A stretch of 64,000 bases of DNA, taken from assembly GCA_050013255.1 (NCBI GenBank), contig JBEKFP010000002.1, forward strand, positions 512,001 to 576,000, written 5' to 3'. The notes below the pieces were generated by a model that saw only the letters and a list, made by a program, of their open reading frames with translations, made no database searches and was not told the DNA's origin. This DNA is from Candidatus Bathyarchaeia archaeon. Lineage in GTDB: Archaea; Thermoproteota; Bathyarchaeia; 40CM-2-53-6. The position numbers and the translations under genes were made by a program. Within the stretch, counting starts at the first letter, position 1. Every line of letters begins with the position of its first letter. Below are positions 58,033 to 64,000 of the stretch, piece after piece.

Positions 58033-59010
58033 CTAGAAGAGATGGTCTTCGATTGTGCGAGCTGGCCCTCCGACTTTGCTCTTGAGGACTGGAAAGTTCG
58101 TGTACTCGCGAATTTCTGCGCAAACGGCATCGATGGATTCCGTCTTGGTATTGATGTAGACCGAAGGGCCTGTGTCAAGTGAATACCAAACTGGGATGTG
58201 TTGGCTTTCCCTCAGGGCTACTATTCCCTGTATAATGCCAATTGTTTCCTGAGCCATGAGAATGAGCCCGCTCTTCCCGGTCATTGTAACGGCGTGTAGA
58301 CTGAGTGATTCCGCTTCTGCGAGTCGACCGATTTCGTCGACCTCTCCGGACTTGATGGCTCTCTGCATTCTCCGCAAAACATTCCCTACCTCCTTCAACC
58401 TGGCAGAGAAGAAAGGTGATGTGACTGATTCTTCATGGGCCATGTCAGTTCTGACTTGTGAGGGTACGGGAACAATCGCCATGGCTAGATTCAGATTCTT
58501 ACTTGTTGGTAGTTGTTCTGCATATGAGCTGCCGTACTTGTTGGCGTACCAAATTGAGAAGCCGCCAACAAGGCTTCGGCTTGCTGATCCTGCCCCGAGT
58601 CGGGCGATTTCGCTGAGGCGTTCCGGTTGCATTTTCAGGTTCAAGGCTGAGCTTGAAGCTTGAGCGATGGATGCGAAAGCCGACGCTGAGAATCCAAGGC
58701 CTTTCCCTTTGGGAAGGTTGTTCTTGCTTGAGAGTTTGAAGTGCTCCTTAGTTTTCGCAAGCGTTCTCAGCGGTGAGACCACGGCCAGTACTCGGGCGGC
58801 TTCCGTGTCGTTGGCGTGGTTACCGTTTATCTCAATGGCATCCTGCTTGTGTTCGCTACTAAATTCGATAGTCGCTTTTGTAGTTAGCTCTTCAACGCAG
58901 ACCGATATGCTATCATGGTATGGGATTCTTCGTTTGCTGTCCTTTAGCCCATGATATTTCACGAGGCCCTGAATCGCGTGCGCTATTGCAGTTGCTTTAG
59001 CCAAGATCAA
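58033..59010 (-). CDS. mvaD: Phosphomevalonate/diphosphomevalonate decarboxylase (haloarchaeal-type N-terminus)
   Basis: AHAIQGLVKYHG...PYHDSISVC, GLGFSAS, GSASRS, DTGP. Confidence 0.88.
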   Translation of the reverse strand: MILAKATAIAHAIQGLVKYHGLKDSKRRIPYHDSISVCVEELTTKATIEFSSEHKQDAIEINGNHANDTEAARVLAVVSPLRTLAKTKEHFKLSSKNNLPKGKGLGFSASAFASIAQASSSALNLKMQPERLSEIARLGAGSASRSLVGGFSIWYANKYGSSYAEQLPTSKNLNLAMAIVPVPSQVRTDMAHEESVTSPFFSARLKEVGNVLRRMQRAIKSGEVDEIGRLAEAESLSLHAVTMTGKSGLILMAQETIGIIQGIVALRESQHIPVWYSLDTGPSVYINTKTESIDAVCAEIREYTNFPVLKSKVGGPARTIEDHLF

Positions 59011-59028
59011 AAGCCAACCAAATGTGGG

Positions 59029-60099
59029 TCACTCAATCACGCCTGTGAGCTTTGCGACCCTTTCTGCGGCCTCCTTAGTAAGGCCGGTTTCCCCCAGAAT
59101 TGTGTAGCGTTCAGGCCTGATGGAATGGGCCATGGTTAACGCCTTTATGATATATTCGGGTTGGATTTCAAGTTCCTTCGCGGTTGTAGGGCCACCTATT
59201 GTGTGAAGGACATTCTTGATTAGTTGCCAGTTGGCCCCATGCAGGTAAGCGCACATTATCGTCCCGACCCCGCATTGTTCGCCGTGAAGCGCCGGTTTGG
59301 GGGCAATCATCGCTAATGCATGGCTGAACAGATGCTCTGCACCGCTGCAAGGCCGGCTGGTACCGGCAATACTCATGGCAACCCCACAGCTAATCAATCC
59401 CTCAACGAGGGTCTGGACTCCTGAGTTTGACATCGTTCGTATGCTGCTTGCGTTCTTCATTACTAGGCGCGCGCTCATGAGCGCAAGCTCAGCCGCATAA
59501 TCTCCGTAATACTCATTTTTGATTCTGTGGGCAAGCTTCCAATCTCGAACCGCAGTATACTTCGCGACTACGTCGCCACATCCGCTTCTGATGAGTGGAT
59601 AGGGGGACTTGGAAATTATCGAAATGTCAGCGACTATTGCAATGGGTGCATGTGCGACGTATGAGTAGGGTCTGTCCAACCCTTTCATGGAAACTAGTGG
59701 GCTTGCTATCCCGTCATGGGATGCTGCGGTTGGGACGCTTACGAACCTCGTCGAAGCCTTCATACTGCTCATTTTTGCGATATCAATGTCCTTCCCACCG
59801 CCAACCCCAACGACTATGTCAGGCTTGATCCTTCGAATTTCATTTTCTACTCGAGCGACCTCCTCGGTTGTTGCGTTATCTACAAGCATGGTTGAAGATT
59901 TGAAACCGGCGTTCTGTAGCGATTCTTGGATTGTTCCACCGGCAATCGATACGACCTTGTGGCCTGTGACGATTAACGCTGGCCCGTGAAAACCAAGACG
60001 GATGAGTATTTCACCAATTGAAGGCGCGACGTTATTCCCAATCAAAACCTCCCTCGGCAGTTGCATGTAATGCGAATCGCGGGAAATGGCCGGGATCAT
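59029..60099 (-). CDS. egsA: sn-glycerol-1-phosphate dehydrogenase
   Basis: GGGKDID, PTAASHDG, SRPCSGAEH, HGEQCG, RPERYTIL. Confidence 0.95.
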   Translation of the reverse strand: MIPAISRDSHYMQLPREVLIGNNVAPSIGEILIRLGFHGPALIVTGHKVVSIAGGTIQESLQNAGFKSSTMLVDNATTEEVARVENEIRRIKPDIVVGVGGGKDIDIAKMSSMKASTRFVSVPTAASHDGIASPLVSMKGLDRPYSYVAHAPIAIVADISIISKSPYPLIRSGCGDVVAKYTAVRDWKLAHRIKNEYYGDYAAELALMSARLVMKNASSIRTMSNSGVQTLVEGLISCGVAMSIAGTSRPCSGAEHLFSHALAMIAPKPALHGEQCGVGTIMCAYLHGANWQLIKNVLHTIGGPTTAKELEIQPEYIIKALTMAHSIRPERYTILGETGLTKEAAERVAKLTGVIE

Positions 60100-60102
60100 G
60101 GT

Positions 60103-61917
60103 CTACACCAAGAAGAGTAATGACAGAACGGTTATTGCAACGACAATCGGGAAGAGGGTGAGCGCGGTTAGTTTTGATATCCTGTAAACAAGGCCCATGA
60201 CGCGACGAAGCGACTTTGATCCAAGCGTGGTTACAATGATTTGGCCGGAAACTGCCCCAACCTCACAAGTCTCCAAGTTGGCTAACGCTTCGCGGCAAGC
60301 TTCGGTGACCTCGCCGAGCAGATGAGTCCTTGGCACTGCTTCGCCTACCGTGTGGTATCCTAGGCGGGCAGAAACGATTCCATTCACCATATGTGTATCA
60401 GAGGTCATGACTTCTCCATCATCAAATCCAACGGCTTTGATGGCGCTTAAAATCTCCTCCCTAAGGCCTGTGACCATGTTGTTTCCATCTACGTTCACGT
60501 AGGCGAACCGTTGTCCGGAGACTTCGATTCCCATTACACTAATCCCGCTAGGGCCAAATCCATCCTTTAACGTACACCCCGCGGGCATTTTGCGAGCCAC
60601 ACCTACCCTGAACGGGCTCACCGGCTCTTCGGCGGTAACTTGTAGACTTGATAACGCCGCTTCTTCTAAGGCCCCAATCTTTTGCGAAGTCATGGTCGTG
60701 GGACCGGTTAGGGAGTTATGGGCGTCAACTAACGCCAAATGCCGGAACCTTCCATGAGTGAGGCCTGACAACCTGTGGGAGACCTCGGACGGAACATCTT
60801 CCATATCGTAAGGGGAAGTGGTCATCGTTACGAGGGCGCACCCGTCGAAGGCTTGGGAAGTGGCTGTGGCAATTTCGTTACTCATTCTCGTTACCCTGCT
60901 GGCGCTACCATCGTAACGCGCATGCTCCAAACCTTCAAGTACCCACCGAATAATTCTAGCGTTCTGTTCTTGAGAAACCAAGTTCAATTCGTGGCCTGAA
61001 ACCCCGTGTGGAACGAGGGTCACCGCATTGAACCTTCTGCTCATCACGGAATGCATGAGGTACGGGAGAACGCTGCTACCGACGTTCAAGAAAGGCCCAG
61101 GGTGAAAGTTAGAGACAAACATAACACCCTTGACATTATCGGAACCTTTCTTGCGAAACGCAAGAGCGGTCGCTTCAATTTCGGCCTCAACGCCCAGCTC
61201 ATTCAGGTAAGACTCAATTTCACGGTTTTCACTCTCAAGCCAATCTGTCAGAAACGCCCTAAACATGCGGATAGGCGAGAAGCCTATGGCTCGCCGTCCA
61301 TAAACCTCAACGACGGCGATCAAAGCAAAAGCGAATGTTAGCCCCACAATCGAAGACAGTACCAAACCAGTCGCCATCCGAGCATACGGCAGACCGAACA
61401 CGGCGACCACTGAGAGGACGGTTAGGCTCGGTTCCATGAGCGTGAAGAGAGTTCTCTTAGCGAAGCTAGATCTGGACATTGAAAATATTGCGAGGGCACG
61501 CGGTGGGATAACCGCGAACAGCCCCAGTATGACAGCGAAATCAGGGAAAATGAACCTCCCATCCAAGATCGCTACGAAAGCAGAGAACAAGAAAATCAAC
61601 ACCCAGGTAGTTGTGGTGAAAAACGAGAGCGCCAGGCACCTTCTCAGATAGAACAATGGATCCTCCTTCATTATCGTGAAATACAGGATGATATCAGACG
61701 CAAAAGATGGCAGGGTGAAGGCAATAACTCCCCACGCCGCGCCAAATAGAAAGGATGCCATTCCACGCTCGACCAATGAGAAGGACAGACCGAATCCGAA
61801 GGTCGTGAAAAATATCGAGGCGATGACGATAGTTCTGGTCGATGGAAAGGCGAAACGCCTGATAAAATTATAGTAAGGGGTTGTCCCCCTGATGCGTTTG
61901 GAGAAGGAACGAGCCAA
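60103..61917 (-). CDS. DUF2070-family membrane protein
   Basis: N-terminal TMs, HPGPF, HG..GHE, DAHN, DGNNM, TSDTH. Confidence 0.85.
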   Translation of the reverse strand: MARSFSKRIRGTTPYYNFIRRFAFPSTRTIVIASIFFTTFGFGLSFSLVERGMASFLFGAAWGVIAFTLPSFASDIILYFTIMKEDPLFYLRRCLALSFFTTTTWVLIFLFSAFVAILDGRFIFPDFAVILGLFAVIPPRALAIFSMSRSSFAKRTLFTLMEPSLTVLSVVAVFGLPYARMATGLVLSSIVGLTFAFALIAVVEVYGRRAIGFSPIRMFRAFLTDWLESENREIESYLNELGVEAEIEATALAFRKKGSDNVKGVMFVSNFHPGPFLNVGSSVLPYLMHSVMSRRFNAVTLVPHGVSGHELNLVSQEQNARIIRWVLEGLEHARYDGSASRVTRMSNEIATATSQAFDGCALVTMTTSPYDMEDVPSEVSHRLSGLTHGRFRHLALVDAHNSLTGPTTMTSQKIGALEEAALSSLQVTAEEPVSPFRVGVARKMPAGCTLKDGFGPSGISVMGIEVSGQRFAYVNVDGNNMVTGLREEILSAIKAVGFDDGEVMTSDTHMVNGIVSARLGYHTVGEAVPRTHLLGEVTEACREALANLETCEVGAVSGQIIVTTLGSKSLRRVMGLVYRISKLTALTLFPIVVAITVLSLLFLV

Positions 61918-61937
61918 GAGGCTTCCTCAGCTAGAGT

Positions 61938-62702
61938 TCAGTGTATGGCTCGAATTATGGTTCGCAATCTTGCTAGAGAAGCTTTTTCGGCTATCGTACC
62001 AGTGACGATCAGGCGCGCTCCCGCGTCGACTAATTCCTTAGCTTGAGACGAAGTTTTGATGCCGCCGCCGGCGATTATGTTCACATGGCATGTCCGGTCG
62101 ACCGCCCGGACCATTTCAGGTGAAACGGCTTTTCTCGCCCCGGATCCCGCTTCCAAGTAGACAAAGCGCATCCCGAGGTATTCGGCTGCAAGTGCGTAAA
62201 TTGCTGCGAGCTCCGGCTTATCGTAAGGAATCGGGTTGGCGTTTCCGACAAACCCGGCGGCACCACCGTGTTCACCAACGATAAGGTACGCGAGGGGTAT
62301 AGGTTCCAGGCCGTAGCGCTTCACTAAAGGCGCGCCAAGCGCTTGCGCGCCCGATAGGTAATATGGGTTAATAGAGTTCAGCAAGGACATGAAGAAAACA
62401 GCGTCAGCGTTCTGACTCAGGCCCGCAACATCGTTTGGAAACAAAATCACGTACAGCCCTGCAGACTTAATCGCCTTTACAATCGCGTCAAGCTCATAGA
62501 CCGATGTAGCAGTTGAACCGCCAACCATTGCGGCAGCAGTACCAGCCTTCTTGGCCTCCAGAGCCAGGTTCCTTGCGGCCAATGGTGTGAGTTTTTCCGG
62601 GTCAAACAAGGTAAGGTGGGCGGCGCCGTCCTTCCTGATCACGTTTTGCAAGTGATTTTCTACATTACCAATCCTGATTTCGCCCAAAGGATGAGGTCCC
62701 AA
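61938..62702 (-). CDS. Geranylgeranylglyceryl phosphate synthase (group II)
   Basis: HLTLFDPEK, VGGS, FMSLLNS, YLEAGSG, GGGIK. Confidence 0.93.
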   Translation of the reverse strand: MGPHPLGEIRIGNVENHLQNVIRKDGAAHLTLFDPEKLTPLAARNLALEAKKAGTAAAMVGGSTATSVYELDAIVKAIKSAGLYVILFPNDVAGLSQNADAVFFMSLLNSINPYYLSGAQALGAPLVKRYGLEPIPLAYLIVGEHGGAAGFVGNANPIPYDKPELAAIYALAAEYLGMRFVYLEAGSGARKAVSPEMVRAVDRTCHVNIIAGGGIKTSSQAKELVDAGARLIVTGTIAEKASLARLRTIIRAIH

Positions 62703-62878
62703 CCGACTTGTAGTAACGAAGGTTGTGAATTGAGCTGAGAAACTGGCGAGATACTATTAAAAGCGTCGGGTTTGGCTTTGGTGGCCTATAGCTCACATAC
62801 GCTTCCATCTGAACGCCGTGTCGATGTGGGCAAGTGATATAACCGCTGGAATGAAAGACTCGTTCAGGGTATGTACCC

Positions 62879-63175
62879 TTGTCCCACCGTAGAGGTTTCC
62901 TGAAGAGAGGATTGGGTGTCCTGCTGGGAAGTGCGCTTGGCTTCTTGATTGTGCCCAACCTCAAACCGAGTGCAACGGTTGATGTGTCCGCTATTGGCAA
63001 CAAGCAACTGCGGCTGCTCCTAGCCTCGAAGGCCCTTCTGGAGAAAGCTGGAATGCTCCGGGCCTCATCCATTTTCCACTACACGCCCGACACAGGGGAA
63101 ATAGAGATAGACTGGAGTGTTGTGATCCCACCGGAAAACCGCATACCCTCACAGATTGATTCTCTCGCACAGTAG
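62879..63175 (+). CDS. Small protein with twin-arginine (Tat) signal
   Basis: SHRRGFLK followed by hydrophobic stretch. Confidence 0.6.
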   Translation: MSHRRGFLKRGLGVLLGSALGFLIVPNLKPSATVDVSAIGNKQLRLLLASKALLEKAGMLRASSIFHYTPDTGEIEIDWSVVIPPENRIPSQIDSLAQ

Positions 63176-63250
63176 GTCTTGGCGCTCGTTAACAGCTAGA
63201 GAGAAGTATTTCTCAACCTCGTCCCCTAAGTAACTTAGGCCTAAGGTTCG

Positions 63251-63649
63251 TTACGCTGCACACCCAAGCCTCGACGGATTCTGATCGAGTTTACGCTTAA
63301 CTTTCTCGAGCGCCACTATTGTTCTCTCAATAATTCCAGTCAGCGCTACTCTCGTCCGGAATTCCGCCTTATCTAAGAGCGCTTTGGCATCATGTTCGAA
63401 TTTGTTTGGTAGTGGTTCGATTCGCCTTATGATTGGTTTGGCGCGGGGACCATTTAGAGCCTCCCTAACATTGGTCCAGGTGGGCCTCAACCTGACGTTT
63501 GCCTTCGCCCTTGTCTCTTCAGTTATCGCAAGCGCATTCCGTTTTAGACGTTCGACGCATTCCTCAACCTTCACGGCTCTGGAAACCAAGACACCCAATC
63601 TAAACTCCTTAGGTTTCTTTTGACCCAAAGGTGATAAAACTAGTTCCAC
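63251..63649 (-). CDS. Hypothetical basic/coiled-coil protein
   Basis: 132-aa ORF, no recognised motif. Confidence 0.4.
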   Translation of the reverse strand: MELVLSPLGQKKPKEFRLGVLVSRAVKVEECVERLKRNALAITEETRAKANVRLRPTWTNVREALNGPRAKPIIRRIEPLPNKFEHDAKALLDKAEFRTRVALTGIIERTIVALEKVKRKLDQNPSRLGCAA

Positions 63650-64000
63650 TGGGTAGAATTATCGACCGCGTGTAACGATTGCCACACGCTCCACCAAGCG
63701 TTAAGTGCCATTTAGCGCGAGCTATTGGTACTAAGGCAAAATCTGGCTTGGAAGGTGATTTGAAACGCTGAATCAAATTGTGCAAACAGCGACTGTCCCC
63801 GCAGAAGTGCAGCATGTTCCGCGGAACGTATGTCAGCACAGCCAAGTGCGTGAAATAGGCCAGGATTTTGACGAACAGGGAAAGTTGCTAAGGCTCATAA
63901 GATGCCAGCGCTGCGGCCTTCTAATGCGTGAGTATCTGCCGTCACTGTAACAGCTTAGTCACTGCAGACGCAACTTCACACGCATCTCGAGTCTTCATTT

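Noticed and set aside
1-64000. CRISPR array, tRNA, rRNA; many antisense ORFs
   Set aside because: No regular repeat-spacer array or stable-RNA signature recognised by eye; antisense ORFs shadow confident genes

Overview
Archaeal chromosomal segment. RadA, thermosome, GatDE, GGGP synthase, EgsA, NucS and Sm protein, together with the signalling content, suggest a TACK archaeon, most like Bathyarchaeia (inference). It is mostly housekeeping: argF, a folate cluster (ygfA-folD-FTCD), asnS, pyrG, purA, glmS, gatDE, elp3, pheA, radA, pyrC, thermosome, gltX and an ether-lipid operon. Non-routine parts are: (1) an enlarged NurA-HerA pair with no mre11/rad50 next to it; (2) a partly decaying signalling island (14.3-22.2 kb) with a 7-PAS+GAF kinase, REC, NitrOD5-like, roadblock-like, V4R and MEDS domains and internally deleted pseudogenes; (3) a duplicated double-hairpin element upstream of purA; (4) an unannotated 24-aa ORF with its own TATA box, SD and terminator; (5) a mobile-element hotspot at 47.2-56.2 kb. 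The hotspot holds a ~3.7-kb cargo transposon with an IS6-like SWIM-DDE transposase, paired inverted end motifs, a 10-bp flanking direct repeat and two paralogous convergent membrane-protein gene pairs, plus two further transposase remnants. I recognised no rRNA, tRNA or CRISPR array. All family assignments come from reading motifs by eye; no database search was run.
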